Below, piece by piece: positions 42,535 through 56,091 of a DNA stretch of 64,000 nucleotides; the stretch's first letter is position 1; the number at the start of each line of letters is the position of its first letter. This DNA comes from Octopus sinensis (taxonomy: Eukaryota). Position numbers and translations under genes: made by a program. The stretch covers positions 105,028,001-105,092,000 of the forward strand of contig NC_042997.1 of assembly GCF_006345805.1 (NCBI RefSeq), written 5' to 3'. Below the pieces are notes generated by a model. It was not told where the DNA came from, did not search any database, and saw only the letters and a list, made by a program, of their open reading frames with translations.

Positions 42535-44046
42535 CAGGGTGCTATAAGTAGATTGACTCTATTTTATATTTTTAATCCGCGCTTGCACAGTAATTATTTT
42601 TTTATTTTGTCGACTACACAGTATAGTAGGGTCAGCTGTGCACCGTCTGTTAGAAAAACAGCACCCATGATGCAATTCGCTTTGCCAAAAGTTTGGAAAC
42701 GATGTGTTGTGCGGCTTGGCATTCGCACCGGAAGCTCCAATACGAACCTTTCAGAGTGTTTGGGTGTCAGTCTGAGGACAGTGCAGAGTATTCGGAAATA
42801 GCCGGATGAGTCTAAAGGTGATTACGAAGGTACAGCAGCTCGGAAAACTCACTCTGATCGTTGTGATAAGAAAAGGCCTCCTGAATATGTTGGTGAGATG
42901 CAGGCCATGGTTGACAACGACTCCTCCAAGTCAATCAGGTCCATCGCCAGGGATGGTTTTTTATCAGGTAGGAAGTGCATGAAGAAATTCGGGGTTCTTC
43001 ATACAAGATGGGAAAGAACCAATCTCTCTATATGTAAAGCTGAAATTGTCTGTGTATGGCAGGTTTGGTAGCCTTCAACTAACACTATCTCCTCCGAGAC
43101 CCTGCGGCGCATGTTGACCAAGATTGAGAGTATGATAGAAGGTTTGCTCTTCATTCGTAGAAGAAAAAATTCAAATCAGACCATGTTAACACAAAAAATT
43201 ATTTACATCAAAAAGGTGCTTTTCTATGAAAATCTCTTTACGATTTTTTTGATTGCTGTGTCGCCATTTTTCTGTGTATTTCAATCAGAAAAATGCTCAC
43301 TTAAAGAGAATAACAAGCTACATAATGCAAAATTTTTACTTTTCAAAAATTTCAATTCTAAAGGGTCGAAACAAACCTGAACTAGGCCGGGCGATACTGC
43401 TAGTTTTTATCTAAAGCTACTAAGCTTTGGAACAAACTCAAGCATCTCCTCCAGTCGAACATGCTTAGGTTTTTCTCGAAGCATGTACCGAAAGTGATAA
43501 AATTCAAACATCCAGTCAACATCATAGTGCTTGGAGTGATCACTACTGATGGTGACATTGTACCTCCATTCATCTTCCCACACGACCTCAGACTCAACAC
43601 GGTAGCCTACATCAAGCGCTTGCAGGAGGTAGTTTTGCCCAGGGTCAAAAGGGTAGCTGCTGGAAGACCATATATCAGACAATTTCTGCAACCATATCAC
43701 CCCTAACATCTGGCCACCTATCTCCCCAGACTGCAAGCAACTTGATTATTATATGTGAGATGTAGTTGAGCAAGAGTCCAACAAAACTTGTAACACCAAA
43801 AATTAACTGAAAGCAAGGATTATGGCAGCATTCACCAACTTAAGCAATTGTCCAGAAGAGTTGCAGGAGATTTCGAAGTCGTGTGGAAACCGTGGTAGAA
43901 GCCAATGGTGATTTTATTGAATATATTTACTCTTTGGTATTTCAAGATATTTTATGTAATTTTGGTAAGTAAATCTGTTAAAATGAGATGTGGGTCTAAT
44001 TTTCATTTTTGTGTAATTTAGACGACAATTTATTCGCCACAGCCTG
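42535..44046 (+). mobile_element. maT/DD37D-type Tc1-mariner transposon, decayed, carrying a Helitron insertion
   Basis: CLGVSLRTVQSIRK; KHPVNIIVLGVITTDGDIVPPFIFP; WPPISPDC; imperfect TIRs cagggtgctataagtagattgac and gacgacaatttattcgccacagcctg; left TA. Confidence 0.8.
43023..43403 (+). mobile_element. Non-autonomous Helitron-like insertion
   Basis: 5' TCtctctatatgtaaagctgaaattgtctgtg; 3' gccgggcgatactgCTAG; inserted between A (43022) and T (43404) with no TSD. Confidence 0.7.
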
Positions 44047-44234
44047 CATGTGTGTGTGTGTTTATATATATGTGCGTGTATTGCTTTCATGTCAAGTCAT
44101 TTATAAAAGCAATTGAACACTAACTTGAAGGATTTTTAAATACGTTTTAGTAGAGTACAAACAGTTCTATTTTTAAGAGAGGAGGAATTATGTACATTAT
44201 TTACATTTTGACGGATTTTGTCTTCATCTTGTTT

Positions 44235-44688
44235 GTTACTCTTTTACTTGTTTCAGTCATTTGACTGGCCATGCTGGAGCACAGCCTTTAGTCGAGCAAA
44301 TCGACCCCAGGACTTATTCTTTGCAAGCATAGTACTTATTTTATCGGTATCTTTGGCCGAACCGTTAAGTTACGGGGACGTAAATAAACCAGCATCGGTT
44401 GTCGAGCAATGTTGAGGGGACAAACACAGACACACAAACATACACACACACGCACGCACGCACGCACGCACAAACACGCACGCACGCACGCGCGCACACA
44501 CACACACACATATATATATACGACGGGTTTCTTTCAGTTTCCGTCTACCAAATCTACTCACAAGTCTTTGGTCGGCCCGAGGCTATAGTAGAAGATGATA
44601 CTTGCCCAAGGTGCTACGCAGTGGGACTGAACATGGAATCATGTGATTCGTAAGCAAACTACTTACCACACAGCCACTCCTACGCCTG
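44235..44688 (-). mobile_element. Family B (OK-like) SINE, full length
   Basis: Colinear with 2955-3356. Confidence 0.85.
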
Positions 44689-44699
44689 TTGCATATGTT

Positions 44700-44808
44700 A
44701 TGGTAACACAACGTGTCCGCTGATATACCCTCCAGCTTTCATCAGGTGTCTTGGGGAAATTTCGAACCTAGGTTCTCATTCCTAAGGTATTTTTAGATGT
44801 TGTTGTTG

Positions 44809-44860
<52 letters not shown>

Positions 44861-44935
44861 AGTCACTGCCTGGAATCGTACTAGGAATCTTGGGGTTAGT
44901 AGCCCGCGCTGTTAACCACTTAATTTGCCCGTGGG
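44700..44935 (-). mobile_element. tRNA-headed element, family E, with internal (AAT)n and a hammerhead-like 3' part
   Basis: Head aagtggttaacagcgcgggctactaaccccaagattcctagtacgattcc; tail gacacCTGATGAaagctggagggtatatcagc...cgttgtgt. Confidence 0.6.
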
Positions 44936-45360
44936 CATGTGTAAATAATGTAAATAAAGTAGAGTACATATTTAATTATATTTCAGTTATATTTCTTAAG
45001 AATTTTGTAACGCGAGTAGAATGACATTTCGAACTCAACGGTAACCTTTTTCTCATAACACGTATATTCACATACTCATATATTTTCAAATTGTATAAAT
45101 TCTGTATATATATTTTGTTATGCATATTTCAATAATTCACAATGATTTATTATACTCCGTACAATGCAACAAATTATTCTAGCTGAATTTACAAAATTGC
45201 GTACACACACACAAACACGTATACACACAAACACACACACCCACACACTCATATATCTATGTACGTATGGACAATAGCTGTTTGCACAGTGTATAGCTAA
45301 AATAACGCTATTTTGTTAGATGGTAGATATCGGCACCGATCAGCCAATAGTTTGTTCGCT

Positions 45361-45758
45361 AAGGCGGCGAGCTGGCAGAATCGTTAGCACGCCGGGCGAA
45401 ATGCTGAGCAGTATTTCGTCTGTCTTTACGTTCTGAGTTCAAATTCCGCCGAGGTCGACTTTGCCTTCCATCCTTTCGGGGTCGATAAATTAAGTACCAG
45501 TTACGCACTGGGGTCGATGTAATCGACTTAATCCGTTTGTCTGTCCTTGTTTGTCCCTTCTGTGTTTAGCCGCTTGTGGGTAGTAAAGAAATAGGTATTT
45601 CGTTTGTCTTTACGTTCTGAGTTCAAATTCCGCCGAGGTTGACATTGCCCTTCATCCTTTCGGGATCGATAAATTAAGTACCACTTGCGTACTGGAATCG
45701 ATCTAATCGAATAACCCACTTCCCAAATATCTCGGGCCTTGTGCCAAGAGTAGAAAAG
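45361..45758 (+). mobile_element. Dimeric family A SINE with perfect 15-bp TSD
   Basis: aatagtttgttcgct at 45346-60 and 45759-73; two copies of tttacgttctgagttcaaattccgccgagg. Confidence 0.9.
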
Positions 45759-46083
45759 AATAGTTTGTTCGCTGAAAATAAGTACGAAGCCAGAAGTTTG
45801 TTTATGCTAAAAGGTCCAGGTATTTCTGGTTGATGAAACACATTCTGAACACCGGCATCTCAAAATCCCTTGCTACAATGAGGCAGATATATCGTGAAAC
45901 ACATTGTTATCGTAAATGGAGAAAGTTGTTCCCCTGTGAGTTGCACAACAGCAACAAGCACATTAACGTGCGGACCTGACGAAGATATTACGAAACAATA
46001 TGTAAGACATCGTATACGCTCGCGCTCGCACGCGCACACACACTCATACACATACACACATACATACACAGTTATATACGCAC

Positions 46084-46117
<34 letters not shown>

Positions 46118-46389
46118 TCTTAATTATTCATCCTTTTATGCCGTTGAGCCCAGAGGTTGTGGACATGCTGGAGCACCACCAGCAAAAGATAACCAATGGT
46201 GTTTGTGTATGTGTGTGTGTGTGTGTGTGTAGGTAGGTAGGTAGGTCACGAAATTATAGATACCTCGATTCTACTGTCAAAGCCTATTTAGATAATTTCA
46301 ATCCAAGAAAGATATCTCTATATAGTAGTTCAACCTGCGAGAAGTCGAAATGAAATTTTCCTCAACCTAAAAAAACGACCGTCTGAAAC

Positions 46390-46600
46390 GTTAGTTTCAA
46401 ATTTTGGCACAGAGCAAGGATTTTGCGAGGAGGGGCTAGGTCGATTAATTGGATCCCAGTGCTGAACTGTTACATCGACCCTGAATAGATGAAAGACAAA
46501 GTCAAACTCGGTGGAATTTGAACTCAGAATGTAAAGACGGACGGAATACCGTTCAGCGCTTTGCCCAACGTGTAAACAATTCTGCCTGCCAGCCGGCCAA
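46390..46600 (-). mobile_element. Family A SINE
   Basis: gtttcaaattttggcacag...ggaatttgaactcagaatgtaaagacgg. Confidence 0.75.
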
Positions 46601-46823
46601 AAAGTTGTATATAATATTAGAAGTTTTTAGACTTAACATATACGCGATATACACGAGGAAAGAGCGAGATACATTTGTTGGAGTAAATATGTGTATGAAA
46701 CAAATGCATGATTCCCTTGCCATTGTTCAGATAAGTGTGTGTGTATCTCTGTGAGTGGTAATATATAGTGCCATAGAAAACAAGCAGCGATATACTCTAA
46801 CATATAACACCTCCTTCTGTGTG

Positions 46824-46874
<51 letters not shown>

Positions 46875-47473
46875 GACCCACATAAAAACGAGATCAAGCG
46901 GCGATATGTCGATTGCATAGGGTTGATCGAAAGCTAATATATGATCAGAGTGTACAGGTAATTGACTATATTCGCAAAGACAATTGTCAAACCATCTATC
47001 TCCCTCATTCTCTCTCCCTCTCTCTTTTTGTCTGTCTGTCTGTCTGTCTCTCTCTCTATTGCTTGCTCTCTTTCTCTGTCACTCTTGTTTTCTATCTTTT
47101 TCACTCTCTCTCTCCTTGTTTTCTTTCTTTCTCACTCTCTATGTATATAATGTGTGAGTATATGTGTATTTGGTACGTGTGTATGTATGTGCGTGTCACT
47201 ATGTGGGAAAATGTGGTTGCTACTTTTATTTATTTATTTATTTTATTTATTTATTTTTTATTTTTTGCTACCTATATTGTTAAACATTCTAATGTAGGTA
47301 GAAGTGTAAAACGGTATTTATATCTGACAATACAAGAACTGAAACGAACAAACATTGGTAATATGGCAGAGTAAAATGAATATTTATGTTATGGAAAGAA
47401 GAATGCAACGGAAATGACAATTGCGATAGAGTAAGGAACGAATATTTGCATGAAAATATATGTACGTGCGTGC

Positions 47474-47526
<53 letters not shown>

Positions 47527-47725
47527 TTTGTGTGTTTGTGTGTGTGTGTGTGTGGTGTGTGTGTGTATGTTGTGTGTGTGTGTGTGTGTGATTGTGCTGC
47601 ATGTATGAATGCATATATGTACGTATAAGCCTGTATATATATATGATATATATATATATATATATATATATGGATATTTATATATCTATATTATATATAT
47701 ATATATATTATTATATATATATATC

Positions 47726-47807
<82 letters not shown>

Positions 47808-48612
47808 TATATAGATAGATAGATAGATATATATATACGTACATACACAAGTATTCACACGTACAAACAGTTGTATATGAGTATATATGCATAGATATAT
47901 GTGTGTGTGTGTGTGTGTTGTACGTACGTACATATACATATAAATATATAGAAAGATGTGTGTAAGTGTGTGGGTATATAGATATGTATACAAGTATGTG
48001 TGTACGTATTTGTATGAATCTAAATATGTAAATATATTATATACAAATATATATGCATATATATATATATATACAATATATTATTTGCATATACACATAT
48101 ATTTATACCATATATGTATGTGTGTATGAACACATATGTGTACTCGCGTGCGTTTCTGTGTGCATAAAAGTATGTGGAATCATATTGACACAGAGGGGCG
48201 CGCAGCGCCCACACATACACATATTAACGTGCCATGTATTGAAAATACAAAAGAATGGCTGACTGCAAATTGACAGAATGAGGACTACAGTGTAAAAGGT
48301 GAAAACAGTTATGATTCCCTTGATGTCCGCTGCTATTTCCAACTATAATTTTCTTTCCGAAACAACCGTTTATTTACATACAAGTGCCAGGTTTTACAGA
48401 AGTAAATGTCTTTTTGGTTATTAAGATGCAATCTGCACGCAAAGTAAAATAATTGTCAGTATGTAAAGTTTGCATGTATATTGACTATTCAATACTTTTG
48501 TAGATGAGCGTGTAACTACGTATGTTTCAATATATGTATGTGGGTGTGTTAGATACTGAAATACTCTTAAGTAATACACACGGACACACGACTTCATTGT
48601 CACGTAGAGACA

Positions 48613-48669
<57 letters not shown>

Positions 48670-49738
48670 ATATGTATATATGTATGTATGCTTATGTATA
48701 CATATGCAAACACACATATATATATATACATATATACATATATGTATACGTATATATATTTACATGCAAACATATGCCTATAGATATTATGTGCGTGTTT
48801 ATGCATGTATATATATATTTACAAATATCAGTATTTCTTAAAATATTGGATTTATACATATATGCATATACACACACATATATATATATGTACATATATA
48901 CGTATATATATATGTATGTGTGTGTGTGTGTGTGTGTGTTTGCATATATACAGATAAGTATACATACATATAACATACATATATATATACAAATAGATAT
49001 TCAAATATATAGATAGAATGATACATACATACAGACATACATACAGACACACACACATACATACATACAATTACACATACAGATATACATACATGCGTGA
49101 ATGAATGCATGCATACTACATACATGCATACATACATTCATATAAGTATGCACACACACACACATACATCTATGTGCGTGAGTGTGAGTGTGTGTGAGTG
49201 TGTGTGTGTGTGTGTGTCTGTCTGTCTGTGTGTATGTGTGTGTGTGTATCTTGCTACTTATATATATGCCTATATGTATATGTTCTGATCATGTATACGA
49301 GTATATCTACGTTGTTTACATGTTTACTAATTTCACTTTAATTCCAATATCTATTTCCAGTCTGAAACAAAATGCTCCATATTGAAACCGAAGTGAATTT
49401 CACAGCAAATTCAATCGTTACTGCTGATAAGTCACTGCAACCAACATTTTCACCCCACAACAGCCGACTGCTTCTTGAAAGTTTGTTGTATTATATGTAT
49501 CCCAGTTGACTTCAGTGTTGTGATTATTATGGGTATTGTTTCAGCTGCTAGCCTTAGTTAAATATTAACGATAGTCATAAAATTTTACAGCGCTTCGGAC
49601 TTTACAATATGGCCGACTGCACGACACATGCTCGGAGTTGTGTTGTTACCTTTGCTGCTGTTTCTTAGTTTTGTTACGACAAATATGGCGCTCTCATACG
49701 ACCTAGCATAGTAGTAGTGGTTGGTATTAGTAGTAGTG

Positions 49739-49773
<35 letters not shown>

Positions 49774-49854
49774 TGTTGTTGTTGTAGTAGTAGTAGTAGT
49801 GTGGCGGTGTTTTTTTGTTGTTGTTGTTGTAACAATGTAGATGTATTGTTGATG

Positions 49855-50460
49855 CTGGGGACATAGCTCGTTCTTTTCATGTAAGTAATGGTTATTTGTG
49901 TGACTGAATGTTGCCCAGTGCATACATGCACGCATGCGCGCACACACGCTCGCGTACGTGCACGCATACACACACATAGAGACAGGCACGCATAAACATC
50001 CAGATATATACATAGATGCGTGTATGAATTCTGGAGTGTAGATATATACATATACGTGTGTGTCTATGTATATACATGAATATATATATATATGTGTGTG
50101 TGTGTGTATGTATGTATGTGCATGAATATATACATTTGTATACGAGGATGATGCCTATATACGTGTATGTGCTCAGCGCGGATGTGTTTCTATAGGAGAG
50201 CGAGATATAGAGATAGGGAGGCAGAAAGCGAGAGTTTGAGAGAAAGCGAGAGTAAATGGGAGAGAGAAAGTGAGAGAGAGAGTATAGGGTAGCATTGTTG
50301 CTTTTGTTGTTGCATAGCCTAACGACTCTCTTTTGATTGTTGGTTGTTGATGGAATGAATTGGCGTGAAACAGAGAGAACAGAAACGTTTGAAAACTACT
50401 TACAACACTCTCATCCATATTCTACAATAATGGCTTCAATGCAGTCATCAAACACAGCAA
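49855..50460. repeat. Diverged duplicated block, partner at about 54775-55320
   Basis: Shared order: catagct..ttcttttcat; tttctataggagag; ttgttgttgca.agcctaac; gcgtgaaacagag.gaacagaaa; gcttcaatgcagtc.tcaaac.cagc. Confidence 0.8.
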
Positions 50461-51039
50461 AATTATGCCATTACTAAACCAGTAACACCCTTTTCAGATC
50501 ACATTACATTTATGTTTCCTTCACATGACAAAACAACTGAACGTTAACGTTTGCATTACATTTTCCTTCATATACACGTCCTTTGTTATATGTCATGTAA
50601 TAACATCATAACAGTTGAAACCACCGAGTAAACCTCGGCACAAGTGCTCCCCCACCTTGTCCTCTGCTTGAAATTCAAATCAAATCTCTTTCATATTACA
50701 TCCAACCATCTTTGAGAAAAACAAAACAAAAGAGACAAAAAGCCAGTAGCATAATGAATAATTCGTTCCTTGTTCAGACCTGTTTGTTATTAAGACATAT
50801 AACAATTTGTCATGTGGTATATGTAGCGGTTTTCTGTGCTCTGAGTTCAAATCACGGCTAGAGAATAAATTTGACTTTCATCCTTTCGGGGTTAATAATA
50901 TAAAGATATAGTTGAGGGAAGTGCATTTTCACGATTTTTAGAGCATCAGTTGAAATGCCGCGGCTAATTTTTTTTTCGCTTCTTTTGTGTTTTGTTGCTT
51001 TTATACATACATACATACATACATACATACATACATACA

Positions 51040-51072
<33 letters not shown>

Positions 51073-52299
51073 GGCGGTTGTCTTCTCTTATGCAGAGGTC
51101 TGACCACCTCCTTAGATCCATCATGGAGTCTGATGCAGCTTTTTAAACCAGACAATGTATTGAAAAGACACCCACATAGATTGCCTATCTGATTCAAGAT
51201 CTGCACCAAGAGCTGCAATTAAGTTCTGATGTTTGTATATCTTAAAATGTCATTTTATGCATCCGCTGGATTTGCAGATCTTATGGCATACACCGCATAC
51301 ATACATAAATACATACATATAAACAAACAACCATAGGCATAACTCTATGGTTAAAAAGTTTGCATTGCACCACGGGATTTTGTATGTATGTATGTATGTA
51401 TGTATGTATGTATGTATGTATGTATGTATGTATGTATGCATGTGTGTATGTATGTATGTATGTATGTATGTATGTATGTATGTATGTATGTATGTATGTA
51501 TGTATGTATGTATGTATGTATGTATGTATGTATGTATGTATGTATGTATGTTTTTATGTACAGAAATACGTTTGTATGTATGTAGAGCTATGTATGTCAG
51601 TAATTGGTTGCAAAACATGTAAATTAGCTCGAAAAATAACACAGCACGAAAGTCATTTAAAAAAATCTTTTACCCTATATCTGTTTTAATATTTCCACGT
51701 GTATTTTATCTAATTTTCTATTTCCACTTGATTCTGAGGATTTTTTTTAATTGTCTTTGATGAGACCGACGTAAAGACAGAGAAAGCGACTGAAATTGAG
51801 ATTTATATTTTATATATGTGTCTCTAAATTAGACTTAAACCAACACAAATTCTTACCAAAATATGACACATCTATTTTACTGTCAGGCCTGACTGTAGCC
51901 TAAACACTAACATTATTCTTTATCAAACCAGAATAACTCTACCATAACTTCTCTCAACCCACACATTCAAACTACATATTTTCCTCCTATTTTTCTCTTC
52001 AGTCTTTCCTTTCCTACACAGCCACTTCCCCTGTCTAGTAATACTGCACATAAGTTTTTTCAAATTACTTCGTCTTCCAAGTAACGATCCGCCAAACACT
52101 GTATAGATAGAGAAGGAACCAAAGTAAACTCGAATCCGAGGACGGCAGATTAGCTGAGACCTCGAACCTTTTTCTTATAGTAATTAAGTAATACATACAT
52201 ATCCCACATACACACCATCCAGCGCCCACACACGCACACACACACACACACACACACACGCATGTATATAGATCATTCTTATATGCATCATTTGTAGCT

Positions 52300-52697
52300 G
52301 TCGGTAAAGAAAAAATCTCCCGCGAAATATTAATTTCGCATTTAATTTTGGTATAAAAAGACCAATCCTTATGAAATATACTTTTGAACAAGACTTATCA
52401 ACAAAAGCAAGAAATGATGTGCTAAAACAACTGCAAAAAATGCGTAAAGAACACAAACACACACATAAGCACACACACATACACACAGAAAAAAACATAC
52501 ACACGCACACAGAGATTATTGCTACGTCCATCAACTTAAGCTTCTGCGAAGGAAAAATTCTCTCGAAATACTAACTTCCTATTTAGTTTTCATATCAAAA
52601 GACCAATCCTTAAGAAACATAGTTTTGAACAAAGACTGTGTTATCAGCAAAAACAAGAAATGATGTGCTAAAACAAGTGCAAAAAATATGCGTAAAG

Positions 52698-52755
<58 letters not shown>
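52300..52755. repeat. Tandem duplication of a roughly 245-bp unit ending in (CA)n
   Basis: aaaagaccaatcctta, aagaaatgatgtgctaaaacaa and gcgtaaagaacac each occur twice. Confidence 0.8.
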
Positions 52756-52756
<1 letters not shown>

Positions 52757-53107
52757 ATTATGTTATTTCCGATGAGAAGTCTTAAAACATACTCTTGCTC
52801 TCCACATTGGCTACTATTGACTAATACAAAATTTCTTCATTAATTAACTTATGCTTATAGATGTGATTATTTTAAATGTGGTACAGATACATGAATAATT
52901 AATTAAAGCTTCTAATCTAATCTCTCATTCCTTCTTCCTAAATTCCCTCCGCCTCTGCTTCCTCTTCCGATTGAATTTCGTTTTAAATTTGTCTTTAACT
53001 AGAATTTCTGGATTTTTGTCTATTTCTGGACTTTTGTTAATCTCTTTTCTTGTCTTTCATTTTCACTCATTTGCTCTCACTCTCACTCTTTCTCTCTTAA
53101 TGAATAT

Positions 53108-53144
<37 letters not shown>

Positions 53145-53311
53145 CAACTTAGATGCATATATATATATATATGCATATACATACATGCAGATGCATATAT
53201 GCTTGTAAGTTTTTATGAATATATGTATTATATGAATACACACAAACATATACATGCATACATACACTACATATGTATGCATACATGCATTTATGCGTGC
53301 ATGTGTTTGTA

Positions 53312-53359
<48 letters not shown>

Positions 53360-53361
53360 AT

Positions 53362-53730
53362 ACCTTCGAAACGCGGAGTAGACGAAACAGGGACAACTGA
53401 AGAAGGTGAATCTTCCTTGTGTTGTATATCTTGTACTCTGTTCTTTCGTTGTTTGAAAAAAAGTTTCGTTCCATGTTTTTGTTTTTATGTTTTCGTTTCT
53501 CATTGTGTTCAACGTTTTTTTATGTCCTCTACCCATTTATGCATGTATATGTACATATAGATGTAGGTATGTACGTATATGTATGTATATATGCATATAT
53601 TTATATATTATTTATATTACCATATATATATAAGTTTGTATGGATAGTTATGTATAGTAAGAACAAAAAGATTAAATTGCATAGTATCTAACTTTTCAGA
53701 TATGAATCCTTCTTCAGAGTTAAGATGACC
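53362..53730 (+). mobile_element. Penelope-like terminal repeat remnant (homolog of 28240-28560)
   Basis: accttcgaaacgcggagtagacgaaacagggacaactgaagaagg. Confidence 0.5.
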
Positions 53731-54120
53731 AAGAAGGCAGATTAATACCAGAGTATTACAGTAACTTTTTGAGTGACTGATTAGAACTTAGACCATCGGA
53801 CATGATGTGCCGTGACATTTAGTGAAGATCATTAATATTTTGAATTTAAACTGCACCGTCTTCAAATTTATCTTTTACGTTTTCTGAGTAATAAAATTTA
53901 AAAAAAATAATAACTGGGGAATACTGGAGATGAACTTATATTCCAATAATACATCCAAATAAGAATCCCAATGAAATAAAACAAGAAGATATCTCAATTA
54001 TTTAGTTAATAATTAACATTGTTTTAGAAATTACTATTAGTAATTGTTTTAGAAATAAACATTAATCTTGTCAACAAAAATCAGTCAAGGCATTTCTCAT
54101 ATTAATATTTTTTTATTTAA

Positions 54121-54530
54121 ATCTGGCGACCTGGCAAAATCGTTAGCACAACAGGCAAGGTGCTTCGTAGTATTTCGTCCGTCTTTACGTTCTGAGTTGA
54201 AATTCCGCCGAGGTCGACTCTGTCTTTTACACTTTCGAGGTCGATAAAATTAAGTACCAGTTAAGGATGGGAGTCGATGTGATCGACTTACACCCTCTTC
54301 CGAAACTGCTGACCTTGTTCCAAAACTTTTATTCACGGGAGGCTAGCAGGTAGAATCGTCAGCTTGCCAGATTAGGTGACATTTCGCATATCTTAACGTT
54401 CTGAGTTCAAATTCTGCCGAGGTCGACTTTGCTTTCATTTTTCAGGATCGATAAAATAAGTACCATTTGAGCATTGCGGACGGTGTATCAGACTTCCACC
54501 ATCACCCGAAATTGTGCCAAAATTGAAACC
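54121..54530 (+). mobile_element. Two tandem family A SINEs
   Basis: Two cttaacg/ctttacgttctgagtt.aaatt..gccgaggtcgac cores. Confidence 0.8.
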
Positions 54531-55547
54531 AATATATTTTGATTTAGATGTGAGACCAGCAGTTTTGAGGAAAAAGTGTCTAGGCGTTGTTTTTGTAACA
54601 ATGTACATACATTCTTTTCTACTCTAGGCACAAGGCCCGAAATTTTGGGGAAGGGGACCAGACGATTAGATCGACCCCAGTATGCAACTGGTACTTAATT
54701 TATCGACCCGGAAAGGATGAAAGGGAAAGTCAGCCTCGGCGGAATTTGACAATGTACATATAGTGTTGAAGCTGTTGGCATAGCTATTATTCTTTTCATA
54801 ATTGTAGTGTGTATTGGTGTTTGAATGTTGCAAGCGCGTACGCGCGCGCGCACGCACACACACCCGCACACACACATACACAGAGGCACAAACATAAGTA
54901 TATACAAATATGTATGAATGAATATTAGTACATAAATATATAAATATACAGGTATGTTCATGCGCAAACATAAATACATGTGTGCGTGAATATATGAGGA
55001 GTATGTCTATCTGTTTGTAATTGTGTGCTTTCTGTGTACGTATTTCTATAGGAGAGAGAGAAAGAGAGAGATAGATAGATAGAGAGAGAGAGGCAAACAG
55101 ACAGAGAAAGCGAGAGAGAGAAAAAGAGAGAGAGAATAGGACAGTACTGCTGTTTTTGTTGTTGCACAGCCTAACAATATTATTTCTTTTGAGTGTTGTT
55201 TGTTGATAGAATGAATTAGCGTGAAACAGAGGGAACAGAAATATTCGAAAACTACTTGCACCACTCTGATCCATTTTCGCCAATAATAGCTTCAATGCAG
55301 TCGTCAAACGCAGCTGAAGCATATGTAACATTGTCGGTACCATGAACCCCGGTACTAGACAGGTATCTTATTTTAAAGAACTTGGCTGGGATTGAACTCA
55401 GAATGTAAAGATCCGGAAACGACAACACAAAACATACTTTTCCGATATTCTAACAATTCCGTAAATTTTCCGTCCTATAATCATCATTCATAATGTTACA
55501 AGATTAAGATTCCAGCAAAAGTTGCCGGATTACTAATACATTGTAAG

Positions 55548-55591
<44 letters not shown>

Positions 55592-55655
55592 ATCTATTAT
55601 CTGTCTGTCTGTCTGGTCTGTCTCTCTCTTTCTCTCTCTCTCTCCTCCTCTGTTT

Positions 55656-55714
<59 letters not shown>

Positions 55715-55744
55715 ATGTATGTATGTATCTATGTATTATATATA

Positions 55745-56045
55745 TGTATATATTCTTTTCTTCTTTTATTCTCTTGTTTCAGTCATTGACTGCAGCCATG
55801 CTGGAGCACCGCCTTAAAAGGTTTTAGTTGAATGATTCCACTTAATCATTGTAAGTCTAGTACGTATTCTATTGGTCTCTTTAGCCGAACTGTTAAGTTA
55901 CGGGGACGTAAACATACCAGTATTAGTTGTCAAGCGATGGTGGGGGGACAAACACAGACAGAAAGAATCACACACACACACACTCATATATATATATATA
56001 TATATGACGTGCTTCTTTCAGTTTCCGTCCACCGATTCCACTACA
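55745..56045 (-). mobile_element. Family B (OK-like) SINE, 3' part
   Basis: ttgtttcagtcattgactgcagccatgctggagcaccgcc...gttaagttacggggacgtaaac. Confidence 0.8.
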
Positions 56046-56091
56046 CGTATATATACACATATACATGTATATATATATATATATATATATG

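Noticed and set aside
51760-52800. Further hammerhead-like fragments (gtctttgatgagaccgacgtaaagac; ttccgatgagaagtcttaaaac)
   Set aside because: Core nucleotides are missing; too degenerate to distinguish from chance
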